Assembly: GCA_950097015.1 (NCBI GenBank)
Contig: CATNEN010000012.1
Location: 1,860,001 to 1,924,000, forward strand
Reading direction: 5' to 3'
Source: Macrostomum hystrix
Lineage: Eukaryota > Animalia > Platyhelminthes
Length of the DNA stretch: 64,000 nt
Shown here: piece by piece, positions 1 to 12,294 of the stretch
Numbering within the stretch: the stretch's first letter is position 1
Layout: each line of letters starts with the position of its first letter
The notes under the pieces: generated by a model
Databases searched by the model: none
The model's input: the letters and a program-made list of their open reading frames with translations, nothing else
What the model was told of the DNA's origin: nothing
Position numbers and translations under genes: made by a program

Positions 1-243
1 AGAAGGCTTGGGGGCTTGTCGTGCAATTTAAGCCCCTGAGGGCCAACCTCTAAGGCACAGTGAGAGCGTACACTGCCTGACGATGAGAAAGTCAGGGCAG
101 ATGTACACACCTGTGTGAGTGTGTGCCTGCGTGTGCTCAGGAGTCAGCGAAATGGGGATAATTGCCTCCTCGCTGGCTGCAGGTCTGGTGTCACCAAATA
201 ATGTGCCATTGCCCGCAGCCCTCCTGCAATTATTATTATTAAG
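1..243 (+). mobile_element. SINE family B, 3' part (5' head lies outside window)
   Basis: Reverse complement of the elements at 35460-35792 and 47432-47793 (shared cccgcagccctcctgcaa, gatgagaaagtcagggca, gctcaggagtcag). Ends in an (ATT)n tail at about 228-243. Confidence 0.8.
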
Positions 244-1177
244 ACGTTGGGAAATTTTGTCAGGCACGTGTGTAGAATGAGGTGCGCCTGTGACCCCGAT
301 TAGAGCCTTAAAAGTGCAACGGGGGATATACTGTTTCAGCAGCTCTCTATGCAACAGCTGCCGCATTAGGAATTTGATCCCATTTTTGGCCAAAAGAGGA
401 TATTTCTACTTTGGCTGGTGTTTTTTTCTAGCTGATGACAACGGGTTCCTCTCCCCTGCCATCCCCTTTCTCCTCTGCGACTAAATCCCCCCCCCGATTT
501 CTTCATCCCCTCGCCAGCTGCTGCGAGTGTGTTCCCGCTGTTCTCAGGGGACGCTGGGGACTTTTCGGATTGACCTCCCCTACCCGGTCCTCAGCTCTGA
601 TGGGGCTGTAAATCTGAGCGCCCCGCCATCCGGCTTCTTCTGCAGCTCCCCCCCTCTCCCATCCCCCAATGCCTCAATTCTCCCATCAACTTCAAATTGT
701 GCCGCTAGGAGGATGAGACGGAATATGCAGAAATCCCCCACACCGATCCCCTCCCTTTGCCCCAATTCACCTACGGCTTCGCCTCGTCCGCGCGCATCCA
801 CTGAGTGAGGCACGAACTAGGATTGCTAAGGAAGAGGAGCAGGGCAGTAGGAAAACTGGGGATTAGAGTAGCGGGGTATCAGATGGGATTCTGAGGCACG
901 TATATTATCCCGGCTAGCCAGACTAGCTAGCTATCCTGTAATTTTCTTCGTCTCTTTCAGAAATATTCTTTTCCTAATGCTCGATTTTGATCGCTCCCGG
1001 CCTAGCATTTCAGCAGTGAGTCCTTAGCAGAGAGATGCTAGTAGAATGTTTTAATCTAGTCTTTCCTATCATTTCTAATTCTTCTATATCCGGTTTGTTA
1101 CAAAAATGTAGGCACTGTGTACTCTGGCTAAGAGAGCCTTTGAATTTTTTAACTGTTCTAAAGACTTGATATTTTCC

Positions 1178-1527
1178 GCTACAGGGTCGAGAGAAAGTGG
1201 GGTGGTGGGTGCCGCTACAGGGTCGAGAGAAAGTGGGGTGGTGGGTGCCGCTACAGGGTCGAGAGAAAGTGGGGTGGTGGGTGCCGCTACAGGGTCGAGA
1301 GAAAGTGGGGTTGTGGGTGCCGCTACAGCGTCGAGAGAAAGTGGGGTGGTGGGTGCCGCTACAGCATCGAGAGAAAGTGGGGTGGTGGGTGCCGTTACAG
1401 CGTCGAGAGAAAGTGGGGTTGTGGGTGCCGCTACAGGGTCGAGAGAAAGTGGGGTGGTGGGTGCCGTTACAGCGTCGAGAGAAAGTGGGGTTGTGGGTGC
1501 CGCTACATGGTCGAGAGAAATTGGGGC
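1178..1527. repeat. 36-bp minisatellite, about 9.5 copies
   Basis: Unit gctacagggtcgagagaaagtggggtggtgggtgcc. It explains ORFs 1166-1543 and 1197-1559. Confidence 0.95.
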
Positions 1528-1906
1528 GATGTCGAAAAAATGAACAGCTTAATGGTTAGCTTATGTATGTATTTGAAGGGTTTTGATTTCAAGATAATTA
1601 AATTTTGAAATATTTCAGTGCAGCAACTGCATTCTGAATAGGCCTTTCCTCATGAAGCCCTCAATAAACTAATTAGAACGGCACCGGATGCATTTAATCT
1701 AATGCTTTTCTTTAAATCTATTTGCCCGCAAATCCTTTGAAATCACATTTCCGTTTTTTCCTTTCATCCCTATGAATTAGCATGAGATCTACTTCTTCAT
1801 ATAAGTCTTAGGACTCTTGTTGAGATCTGTGCTCACTGTTAATTAAAAGCCTATATTGCGGTCGAATGCATTGTCATATTTCTAACCTGATCCCACGCTC
1901 TCGCAG

Positions 1907-4900
1907 GTATGCCCTACGCGCTGAAAAGCTCCGGCGTTGGGCTTGGCCTACTACTATTAGTACTAATATCGGTCATCACTGACTATTCAGTCAATCTAAT
2001 AATTGTGGGCGGAGCACTGTCTAACACTATGACTTATCAGGTGAGCCGCGAATCAGGTGCTGTTTGCTTCCGTTTGCTTAAAGCGTCACAAAAGTGCTTG
2101 CAAAAATTTAAAACTTTAATTTCCAGGAAATGGTTCGAGTAGCTTACGGAAAGCCAGGCTATATTCTCATTAGTGTCATGCAGGCAGTTTACCCATTCAT
2201 TGGTGAGTGCGGGCTTGAGGTGTCATAGAACAGATGGTTGGGTTATGAGAGCGCATTGTACAGAATAAGTAAGTTCCTTTGGACTTTTGCATGTGCACAA
2301 AATATATACAAAGAGCGTGTACTTAGCATGTACATAGAGCGTGTAAATACTCGTAGAATGTACATAGAGCGTGTACACAGAATGTACATTTTCGCCCCCC
2401 TGGGTAACAAGCTCCCTGGTTTGTACATTTCATGTACGTCTACATTAAATAATGTAGAATGCACATTTAAAAGGAATGAGTTGAAAAGTTGAATCTTAAA
2501 TGTACATTGGGTGATGAGAGTGGGGGTTATGGGGGTCATGAACGTTAGATAAAGAAGATAGTTTTAGGCACGTCTTTCACATTCTTTTTCACAGTTTTTT
2601 TATTTTATTAAAGATGCAATTCTTGCAACCTGATTACTTTACAGCAATGATCAGCTACAATGTCATCATTGGCGACACCCTGACCAAGATCATTATGCGA
2701 ATAGGAGGAGGTAGTTTTATTCACTTTTATTTTACTTATTACATTTTGTTCTGCATTGCTTATTGTTTTTTATGTTCGAGGCACAAAAATTTTGTCATTC
2801 GTTGTTGACTGTCAATCATCAGTCGTGTCAAAGAATTGCCTCATTCTCTAAAACGACAATTTTAGACTGTGAATGACCATCATTTGCTGTGAATGACCAT
2901 TATTTGCTGTGAACTCAAAATCTTAACTCAAAATCACTCATCAGAAAGTACATTATCCGACGTCTCACTCTTCCACTGCAGACCGAGTTGCTGACACGAT
3001 TCTGTCACAGCGCAACTTCGCAGTTTTCCTAGCAACCGTTGCCATCCTCATTCCGCTTAGTTTGTTCAAAAACATCGCGAAGCTATCCAAGGTTCGTTAA
3101 CTTAACTAACACATCTGCCCGCCCTAGGCAGTGAAAGAATTTTATAATGTACCAAAAACAATTCTAATTTCAGACTTCTCTGCTGTCAACTGGTATTATC
3201 TGTCTCATTGTAGTTTCAATGAGTATCCGAGCACCTGTGTACGCTGCTCATGTGTAAGTATTTGTGCCTATTTTAATAAACTGCAGCAAAAGCTTCTGCT
3301 ACTTTATATCGAGGCCAAGAGTGCAGAAAAAGCTCTTCTTTTTTGCAGAGTTCCAAGCGAATATCAGTGGACCTTCGCCAATTCGAGAATCCCACAGGCC
3401 ATTGGCATCATGGCTTTCGGTGAGTCACTGTCGTCACTGAGCAATAACTGACACGCAACATCCCCACCCCACTCCGCGAACGAACCAACAACGAGCAACG
3501 CCAGAAAATTCAAACCAAACGAATCGACAGCCAATACAAACATTCTCTGCCAGCCAATCACAAACCCCACTTTTCTCCACCAGCCCATCAACAACCCCAA
3601 CCTCCTCCGCCAGACAATCGACAACCAACTTATCTCCACCAGCTATCAAAAACCCAACCCTCTTACGCCAGCCAGTAAACAACCACACCCTCCTCCACCA
3701 GCCAATCACCAACCACAATCTCCTCCACCAATCAATCAACAAACCCACCCTCCTTCACCAACCAATCAACAACCCCAACCTCCTCCGACAGACAACCAAC
3801 CACCCCAACCTCCTTCACCAACCAATCAGGAACAAAATTTCCTCTACCAGCCATCAACAACCCCAACCTTCTCTGCCAGCCAATCAACAAACTATTTATC
3901 CCCACCAGCCATCAATAACCCCACTCTCCTCCGCCTGCCAATCAGCTACCCCACCCTCCTCCACCATCCAATAAACAACTCAACCTCCTCGCCAACCGGC
4001 AGCCTTCATGTGTCAGCACAACACCTATCTGTGCTTTCACTCGCTGCAACGCCGCAGTCTGGAACGCTGGGCTCTGGTTGTCCACCTGGCCGTCGGTTTC
4101 GCGATGCTCGCCTCCTCGCTGTTCGGCCTGATTGGCTTCGCCTCGTTTGCCACTAATGTTCAGGGCGACATCCTGGAGAATTACTGCCCCAAAGATGACC
4201 TAATTAATTTGTCCAGGCTCCTATTTGCGGTCACCATCATGCTCACCTACCCGATGGAATGCTTCGTTGTGCGAGAGGTGACCAAGGGGTCTTCAATCTA
4301 ACTGAGTGAAGATGAAATCATAATCATTTTTAATAAAATATTGATTGTACATCTGACAACGAGCATCTGAAATCTAATCAGGTGATCGAGAACTACTTCT
4401 TTCAACAGCCGCCTCCACTATGGCGGCACATTGTGCTCACCACGGGCATTGTGGCACTGGCCTATCTAGCGTCAATGACAACTTCCTGCGTGAGCATTGT
4501 ACTGGAGATTAATGTGAGTTGATATCTCAGGTGAATCACAGGTATTTACTAATTGAACTCATACATGTGAATCACAGGTATTTAAGAATTGAACACACCC
4601 GTGAATCACAGGTATTCACGAATTAATCATACCCGTGAATCAGAGCCATTCACGAGTTGAACACGCCCGTGATTCACACGGGTATCCATACATTAAATCC
4701 ATGAACTGCAAGTGCATGTGTACACATCACGTGAATGAAAGGTATCTATTGATCAATCACCCTCGTGGATAACATAGCTCAAATGCATCCCAGTTTCCCA
4801 TCTTCACCTGGCCAGGGCATCCTAACGGCCGCTCCGCTGGCTTTCATCCTGCCCCCGCTGTGCGTCATGCGGTTGCAGAATGAGCCGTTCTTCCGCCTGC

Positions 4901-5067
4901 CGAACCTGCCGATGCTGGCCACAGCCGGTTTCGGCATCGTGGTGGCCCTCTCCGGCTTCATCGTTGTTGTCATGGACCTGGCCGAAGGTGTCCGTTGTTC
5001 GCAAGGCTCGGAGATGTCCTACTGCTGGGGCAACAGCACCAAACTGGCTTTGGCCTACGGGGGATAG
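1907..5067 (+). CDS. SLC38A11: SLC38A11-like sodium-coupled neutral amino acid transporter (5'-partial)
   Basis: GT-AG exons in consistent phase: 1907-2040, 2127-2202, 2645-2710, 2982-3091, 3174-3253, 3349-3419, 4003-4277, 4382-4513, 4816-5067. Motifs GMPYALK, YPFIAMISYNVIIGDTL, QAIGIMAFAFMCQHN, QGDILENYC, LTYPMECFVVREV and the C-terminal CSQGSEMSYC match SLC38A11. The N-terminal exon was not found. AATAAA at about 5262. Confidence 0.93.
3465..3995. repeat. Degenerate C/A-rich low-complexity array in SLC38A11 intron
   Basis: Loose repeats of ccaccagccaatcaacaaccccaacctcct fill the intron 3420-4002. Confidence 0.8.
4528..4740. repeat. Degenerate gtgaatcacaggtat repeat in last SLC38A11 intron
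   Basis: At least five copies of (c)gtgaatca(c)a-gtat with ttgaac(a/t)ca spacers. Confidence 0.7.
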
Positions 5068-5484
5068 AGGGGACATTGCTAATAGCGATGGGATGTGAAA
5101 GGCTCTATACAGTTTTCCACTTTATTCTACTCATTGGTTCACTGTCTACAAGCACCCATAAAATCAGTACTTCAGATTTATCTGAAATCCATCTTAATGA
5201 AGCTTCATTGATAAATGTTACCCTCTTTCAGTAATTATCTAAATTTTCTCATTAGCGATCTAATAAAAATTAAGCCTTGCTCTATCTAGTCTCTATATAA
5301 TTTGAATGCGACAAACTTGTCTTGGTGTGTATCGCTTGGATTTAGACTACAAGGCGATGAATATTGCAAAACAAACTTTAACTCAATGAAGCAGGAATGT
5401 TCCATGGTCAATTGTTGCGAGTACAATTATGAAATGTTTACTCTCTTAGTTGGTTACTCCCTTATTCCCACAGAAACGGTAACT

Positions 5485-5785
5485 CCAACAGCCACCTCAT
5501 TCCAACAGACTCCCCACTCAAAAAGCCAACCCACTTCAACAGCCTCCTCACTCCACAACCACACCACTCCCCAACAGCAACCTCACTCCAACAGCCCCCT
5601 CACTCCCACAGCCACCTCACTCCCACAACCACCCCACTCCCCAACAGCCACCTCACTCCCACAGCCACCTCACTCCCACAACCACCCCACTCCCCAACAG
5701 CCACCTCACTCCCACAGCCACCCGACTCCTACAGCCGCCTCAATCCCACAGCCACCTTACTCCCACAGCCACCTCACTATAACAG
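5485..5785. repeat. acagccacctcactcc low-complexity array (copy 1 of a dispersed family)
   Basis: The same motif recurs at 6395-6612 and 12295-12602. Confidence 0.85.
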
Positions 5786-6394
5786 TCAGAAGATGTCCCT
5801 ACCGAATTAGGTTTAACCACTGTCCAAGAAATTGAGGCCCAGAGCCGTCTTTCCCGAAGTTCAACTATCTTGTAAAATTCTATTGTGATTTTCTCTTACT
5901 TGTTTTAAACTTTAATAAAAGCATAGTATGTAGAAGTTTATTTCTTGTAGAATATAGAATCGTCAAGACAAATGACTGCGTGTTCAAACTGTGTGCTAAA
6001 TCTAGTCTACTTTGTCTTACTCAAAACGCGTTTTTGTAGTGCCGCTTTATTAGGCTCTATTAAAGGCATAATTAAAAGCAAGCTATTCATTTGAAATAAT
6101 TTTCCTTCTACTGTTTCCAGTACGCATTAATCATTTTAGTGTTGTTCAATTTATAAATACGATTTGTTTCCTGACTCTTGTGTATTTTCTGTGACGAATG
6201 AGATGCTGAAATTGCGCCCAATATAACTCAACTAACATGCATTAATAAACACTTGTTGGTCCGACGAGAGGATTCGATTTCGTGTCATTTTAAAATTCAT
6301 TTTCATACAGGTACTCTACGGGAATTTTTTTACGATTTTCGGGTCTCTGAGTGCCTTGACTCTTTGAATAAATTCTGCAATCCACAATCCCATA

Positions 6395-6612
6395 GCTACC
6401 TCCACTGCTACCTCACTCCCACAGCTACCTCACTCAAATAGCCACCTCACTCCAACAGCCACATCACTCCAACAGCCATCTCACTCCCACAGCCACCACA
6501 TCATCACTGTCACCTCATATTCACAGCCACCTCACTCCAACAGCCACCTCACTCCAACAGCCACCTCACTCCAACAGCCACCTCACTCCAACAGCCACCT
6601 CACTCGAACAGC
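6395..6612. repeat. acagccacctcactcc array (copy 2)
   Basis: Near-perfect 17-bp units aacagccacctcactcc at 6530-6610. Confidence 0.85.
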
Positions 6613-7155
6613 CGCTTGGAGTATTGCTTGGAGTGTTGCAATCTGTTGCTATAATTACCTCCTCTTATCTGTCCGTAATCTGTTTTCCTTTTTCAGTTTT
6701 TTTATTTTTTCAGTCTGTGAAAAGTTCCTCTAAAGCCTCATTTGCTTCTATGCGATTGTGCCTCAGTTGCTTGAGCTTTTTCCTTCAGCTTTGTCTCCAA
6801 CCCACTTTTACCCTCTTAGTAAGGGACCACCCGCTACTAAGCCTTGCCCACCCTACAACAGGTAATTAATTATAGTGGTGCATTGTTTCGCTAAATTTAA
6901 CGCCAGCGGTTCTTATAGCGACAGGCTAAGCGGGTCTTGGACCCACTCAGAGTTAGATAGGACAGGAGAGAGAAGAACATAAATAGATGAGAAACCGAGA
7001 AACGCACAGAGCCAAGGCTGTATTCTACATAAAAAACTGTTCTTCGCTGCATTTTGAGCCATAAAAATGAGCAGATAGTCTCGTGTTACCATAAAAACTT
7101 ATATAGACAGAAAACTACTTTTAAAGGTCCATCTAAATACGAAGGTTTGTCTAAC

Positions 7156-8396
7156 ATGAATGAAATTAAAGACAGCGAAAATGCAGAGTGGAAACGCAAA
7201 CGCTGGCGAGAATGGCTGAAAATCAACATCTGCTCAGACAGGGAGGACATCGTGGCTAGCATAGTGTCCAGGTTAGTCTGTTCGATAAAGTTGACTTTTA
7301 AAATCTTTTAAACTATTGCTTTCGTTTTCGTTTCGTTTCGGCGACTTGAGATTCGGCGACTTGAGATTCGGCGACTTGAAATTCGGCGACTTGAGATTCG
7401 GCGACTTGAGATTCGGCGACTTGAGATTCGGCGACTTGAAATTCGGCGACTTGAGATTCGGCGACTTGAGATTCGGCGACTTGAGATTCGGCGACTTGAG
7501 ATTCGGCGACTTGAGATTCGGCGACTTGAGATTGGGCGACTTGAGATTCGGCGACTTGAGATTCGGCGACTTGAGATTCGGCGACTTGAGATTCGGCGAC
7601 TTGAGATTCGGCGACTTGAGATTCGGCGACTTGAGATTCGACGACTTGAGATTCGGCGACTTGAGATTCGGCGACTTGAGATTCGCCGACTTGAGATTCG
7701 GCGACTTGAGATTCGGCGAATTTAGATTCGGCGACTTGAGATTCGCCGACTTGAGATTCGGCGACTTGATATTCGGCGAATTAAGATTCGGCGACTTGAG
7801 ATTCGCCGACTTGAGATTCGGCGACTTGATATTCGGCGACTTGATATTCGGCGACTTGAGAATCGGCGACTTGAGATTCGCCGACTTGAGATTCGCCGAC
7901 TTGAGATTCGGCGACTTGAGATTCGGCGACTTGAGATTCGGCGACTTGAGATTCGGCGACGCTGCTTTTAACCCATTTAAACTCATTTGACCAAAGCACG
8001 TGACCCATTGCAGCCAATCAAGCTTTGAAGGCTGACTCTCACCCTGCGTTCTTCATCAACAGGCACGCGCCCCGCCTGGCTCCTGTGCTGTGGGGCTCGA
8101 CCGGCGAAGCCGTCGCATCGCCCACCGAGTCGGAGCTCCGCGCCGTCCTGTTCGCCTTCCTGGATCCGCACGAGGCGTTCACAGCCGGCCTGTCGGTGCA
8201 CGGCCGGCGCTACCGGCTGCTGCGCGCGGAGCCCGACCTGCTGTTTGGCCGCTGCGACTCGGACGACGACTATCTCTACTGTCTGATGGCCGTCAACTCG
8301 GCCCTCATCGTCAGCTTCAGCACCCTTGAGATGGCGCCATATTGCGAGGCTGTGGTGCAACGGGCTGCCTGCTATCTGCACGAGAACTCATTCTGA
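7156..8396 (+). CDS. Divergent profilin-family protein, two exons
   Basis: Exon 1 is 7156-7271 (donor AG|GTTAGT, phase 2). Exon 2 is 8063-8396 (acceptor caacAG). The product is about 149 aa: W..WL N-terminal helix, IVASIVS...[20 protein letters not shown] (compare profilin GLxxxGxKYxxLR) and C-terminal helix [15 protein letters not shown]. Confidence 0.75.
7335..7960. repeat. 15-bp minisatellite, about 42 copies, inside the profilin intron
   Basis: Unit ttcggcgacttgaga. It explains the FGDLR (+) and LKSPN (-) ORFs. Confidence 0.97.
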
Positions 8397-8544
8397 GTAG
8401 TTTTCTAGCGAAGCGCCCTTAAAAGTACACACATGAAAAATCCAGCTGTCGTTTCCACATGTAAAATTCTCACAGATAAATTGGCCATAAGGAAAAATTG
8501 CAGGGAAATGTTTTTCCGTAAGTCTCGACGAGGGAACCTAGATC

Positions 8545-8790
8545 GGAAAATCCCAATGGGAAATTATGGTTTGGAAATCCCAGTTGGGGAGTCCTATTTG
8601 GGAAATCCCAGTCGGAGAAATCCCTCGTTGGGAAATCCCTGGTTGGAAAATCCCTGGTTGGGAAATCCCTGGTTGGCAAATCCCTGGTTGGGAAATCCCT
8701 GGTAGGGAAATCCCTGGTTGGGAAATCCCTGGTTGGGAAATCCCAGTCGGGAAGTCATGGTCGGACATCCTAGTTGGAAATCCCATACAG
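8545..8790. repeat. 15-bp gggaaatccctggtt array with degenerate flanks
   Basis: About 8 clean units at 8628-8745, plus scattered ggaaatccc to about 8940. Confidence 0.85.
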
Positions 8791-9334
8791 AGGGAAAGTT
8801 TTAAATCTCTATCGGTTAATCTTATAGTGTGGGAAGTCAGTGGGATCTTGAAATTCTCTGTAGTAGGAATGCCGGAGATATCTTGTTAGGGATTTTTCGG
8901 TAAAAAAATCTCTGTAGGGAAATCACCGTGCGGAAATCTCGGTAGCGCAAGGAATTCTCGATTTAATCAACCATGTTGCCACGTGAGAAATTCCTATAGA
9001 TGCATGAGCATCAGTATCGGGTTGTGTATAACTTTCACTTTTGCCATATCGGAAAGTGTCACTGCGTGCAGCTCTGGCAGCCGCGCCAATATTAGCCCGC
9101 GTCTTTCTTAGATGTGCCTTTTCCTTCTCCCAGTAGCGCCTTTTCTGCTCGTTTTTTTTAATATCTGTCTGCGTCTTTTAGCGACAAAGACAGGTGTACT
9201 TGAATCTATAAAAATAAAGTTCTTGTTACCAAAAAATGAAAAAAATGTTATAAATTTTCAGCCTACTTTTTAATATAGCTCTTACTTTTGCTACTATTAG
9301 TAAGCGTTATAAAACAATAGCACAGCACAGCGGG

Positions 9335-9342
9335 TATATAAA
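9335..9342 (+). promoter_or_regulatory. Candidate TATA box of the orphan ORF
   Basis: TATATAAA lies about 70 bp upstream of the ATG at 9412. Confidence 0.45.
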
Positions 9343-9411
9343 TAGTGGCAAAAGCATTTTATCGAGACCCAGCTTAGTGAGCTGAATCGAAATCTCCCTA
9401 TAGCAAAAACA

Positions 9412-9963
9412 ATGTGGAACGATCGTCAGCCGCCGCCGCCGCCACCACCGCCGCCTCCTGAAATGCAGCGCCGGCTGCATCGGCAAATCGCAGCCAGGGC
9501 GGTGGAATCGAACGAATACCTGGAAGCCTACCTGGCCGGCCGGATGCACCAGGCTGTCATGAGCTCGCGTTCGCCGTGGCGCTCTGGCCTCGATGCCGAG
9601 GTCGGCGAAGACGGCCAAGTCGATGTCGACAGAATGATTGGCGAACGTATGGCGAGCAGCGCGGCCTACCAGGAGGGTGCACTTTTCGCTCGATCCACGG
9701 CGTTCGGCGCGATCCTCGGCGCGGCAACGGCGATGGCAGCTTCGGCGAGGGCGACAACAGCTGGCGAGCTCCGCCTCGGTGATCGGCTACTGGACGGCGA
9801 GGATGCCGCCGATTTTCGCATGGGCTACATGGCCGGCCTGGCCGATGCATTTTCGGAGCCTCGGCCCCCGCATCCGCCCCAACATCCGCCCCCGCACCCA
9901 CCCCCGCATCCGCCCCCGTGGTTTGCCGATCACTGGGAGCGAAGGCCGCCACCGCACAAATAA
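9412..9963 (+). CDS. Intronless 183-aa proline-rich protein, no recognised family
   Basis: GC-rich ORF with coding-like third positions, sharply bounded by AT-rich DNA. The start context is aaaaacaATG, with a TATA box upstream. Confidence 0.7.
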   Translation: MWNDRQPPPPPPPPPPEMQRRLHRQIAARAVESNEYLEAYLAGRMHQAVMSSRSPWRSGLDAEVGEDGQVDVDRMIGERMASSAAYQEGALFARSTAFGAILGAATAMAASARATTAGELRLGDRLLDGEDAADFRMGYMAGLADAFSEPRPPHPPQHPPPHPPPHPPPWFADHWERRPPPHK

Positions 9964-10633
9964 ACTACAGTAAGGACTTCTGTAAATGGCATCTAAATGC
10001 TGCTATAGATGCTATATCTAGCGTGCCATTCGCGCAATTTTGTGCAATTGAAGGCAATGAAAATATAACTAAGGGGCCTGTTAATCTATACTTCATTGTT
10101 AAAAAACTTAAAAGCGTTGATTTTTGTTAACCCACGAAGGCCATTAAAAAAGTCACATTTTTCTCTGTGGTTGGCGTTAATCCTTCACTCACGAAATCAC
10201 TCACAATTTCCGGCGATATCCAACATAACCCACCTCTGTCAACAGTCTACTAATGGCTTCAATTAGATCTACGCTCGTACAATTCTAAACTAGTGTTTAA
10301 CCAGCTTAGAGTTTTGCATTCAACTAATGGTGGATTCACCTGCTGAATAAATACAAAAATTATTAGCGTAAAATTCTGGTTATATTACTTATTATATATA
10401 TATATATATATTTATTAGAAAACAAAGAGTTTGTAAAAAGTGCTGTCTAAATCGCATGGTTGTTATTTAAAGTAATTCTTACGGATAAGATATTCAAGAT
10501 TGGGATCAGGATCAGGCTTATTTTGCCGTCTATCTGAGTTTTTAAACGAATTTATTTCCGTCGAAAACTATGCTCACCTGTGTTCTACTTACTGTGCTCA
10601 CTTGCCCTAAGATCGGAGTAACCTCTTAGAGGG

Positions 10634-11712
10634 GACACCGCTTCCCCTCTCACTGCAGCCTCTGCAACATCCGTCAAGTCCCAGACACCGCTTCCCCTCT
10701 CACTGCAGCCTCTGCAACATCCGTCAAGCCCCAGATACCGCTTCCCCTCTCACTGCAGCCTCTGCAACATCCGTCAAGTCCCAGACACCGCTTCCCCTCT
10801 CACTGCAGCCTCTGGAACATCCGTCAAGCCCCAGACACCGCTTCCCCTCTCACTGCAGCCTCTGCAACATCCGTCAAATCCCAGACACCGCTTCCCCTCT
10901 CACTGCAGCCTCTGCAACATCCGTCAAGTCCCAGACACCGCTTCCCCTCTCACTGCAGCCTCTGCAACATCCGTCAAGCCCCAGACACCGCTTCCCCTCT
11001 CACTGCAGCCTCTGCAACATCCGTCAAGCCCCAGACACCGCTTCCCCTCTCACTGCAGCCTCTGCAACATCCGTCAAGTCCCAGACACCGCTTCCCCTCT
11101 CACTGCAGCCTCTGCAACATCCGTCAAGCCCCAGATACCGCTTCCCCTCTCACTGCAGCCTCTGCAACATCCGTCAAGTCCCAGACACCGCTTCCCCTCT
11201 CACTGCAGCCTCTGCAACATCCGTCAAGCCCCAGACACCGCTTCCCCTCTCACTGCAGCCTCTGCAACATCCGTCAAATCCCAGACACCGCTTCCCCTCT
11301 CACTGCAGCCTCTGCAACATCCGTCAAGCCCCAGACACCGCTTCCCCTCTCACTGCAGCCTCTGCAACATCCGTCAAGCCCCAGACACCGCTTCCCCTCT
11401 CACTGCAGCCTCTGCAACATCCGTCAAGTCCCAGACACCGCTTCCCCTCTCACTGCAGCCTCTGCAACATCCGTCAAGCCCCAGACACCGCTTCCCCTCT
11501 CACTGCAGCCTCTGCAACATCCGTCAAGCCCCAGACACCGCTTCCCCTCTCACTGCAGCCTCTGCAACATCCGTCAAGCCCCTGACGACCGCTTCCCCTC
11601 TCACTGCAGCCTCTGCAACATCCGTCAAGTCCCAGACACCGCTTCCCCTCTCACTGCAGCCTCTGCAACATCCGTCAAGTCCCAGACACCGCTTCCCCTC
11701 TCACTGCAGCCT
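10634..11712. repeat. 50-bp minisatellite, about 21 copies
   Basis: Unit gacaccgcttcccctctcactgcagcctctgcaacatccgtcaag(t/c)ccca. Confidence 0.97.
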
Positions 11713-11714
11713 CT

Positions 11715-12290
11715 TCGCCGCTGCCAACAGCTCAGAGAGGTGCAGCATGATTGACGATGCGAAAGCGGAGGGCAACAATATATGCAGGTGCGACAACAAA
11801 ATGACTGGCGGCCGATGGAGCAAAGACCTGCACTGAAACTGCCGTCTGAACGGCTTCGAGCGCAAAAACGTGGTTTACGCATTTGGTGTCGCCGTGATCG
11901 ACGTTGGTCTGATCTGCGAATCAGCAAACGCGTTAACCGCTCTGCCACGCACCCCCAGTACAAGAGATTGCTGGTTTTCCTGGAAATGAGCAAGCTGAAC
12001 TCCCTGACGAAGCAGGGAGGCGCCAGCTCTGCGCCGTGATTCTATCCCCACCTATAAAAAAGAGAGACAAAACCACCTTTGACCAAACCCTTCCTGCACG
12101 GACAACATTTTCTAGATCCGAGATCATCCGCCAGCTCGTCCAGCTCCTGGTTGCCATCAGACCAGCCTCTTTCTTCCATTGCGAAGGGCACGCAGTAGGA
12201 AAACTCGGCGGACTGGCCCCGCGCCACCGGCTGAAGCAGGTCTTTCTGAGATTAGCGGAATGGGCGACTCTCGCCTCCGCGCTGCGTCAC
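11715..12290. other. GC-rich, probably exonic island; strand and frame unresolved
   Basis: Several frames on both strands have coding-like codon runs. There is a minus-strand branch/acceptor ctaatctcAG at about 12247. No family was recognised. Confidence 0.3.
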
Positions 12291-12294
12291 TCTA

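Noticed and set aside
7273-7990. 237-aa LKSPN and 224-aa FGDLR ORFs resembling pentapeptide-repeat proteins
   Set aside because: They are translations of a 15-bp DNA repeat with no synonymous variation pattern. The repeat lies inside the profilin intron, and the exon-1 frame stops before the array.
8545-8790. Cluster of GGGAAATCCC matching the NF-kB consensus
   Set aside because: It is fully explained as a 15-bp tandem repeat. A motif match alone does not show regulatory function.
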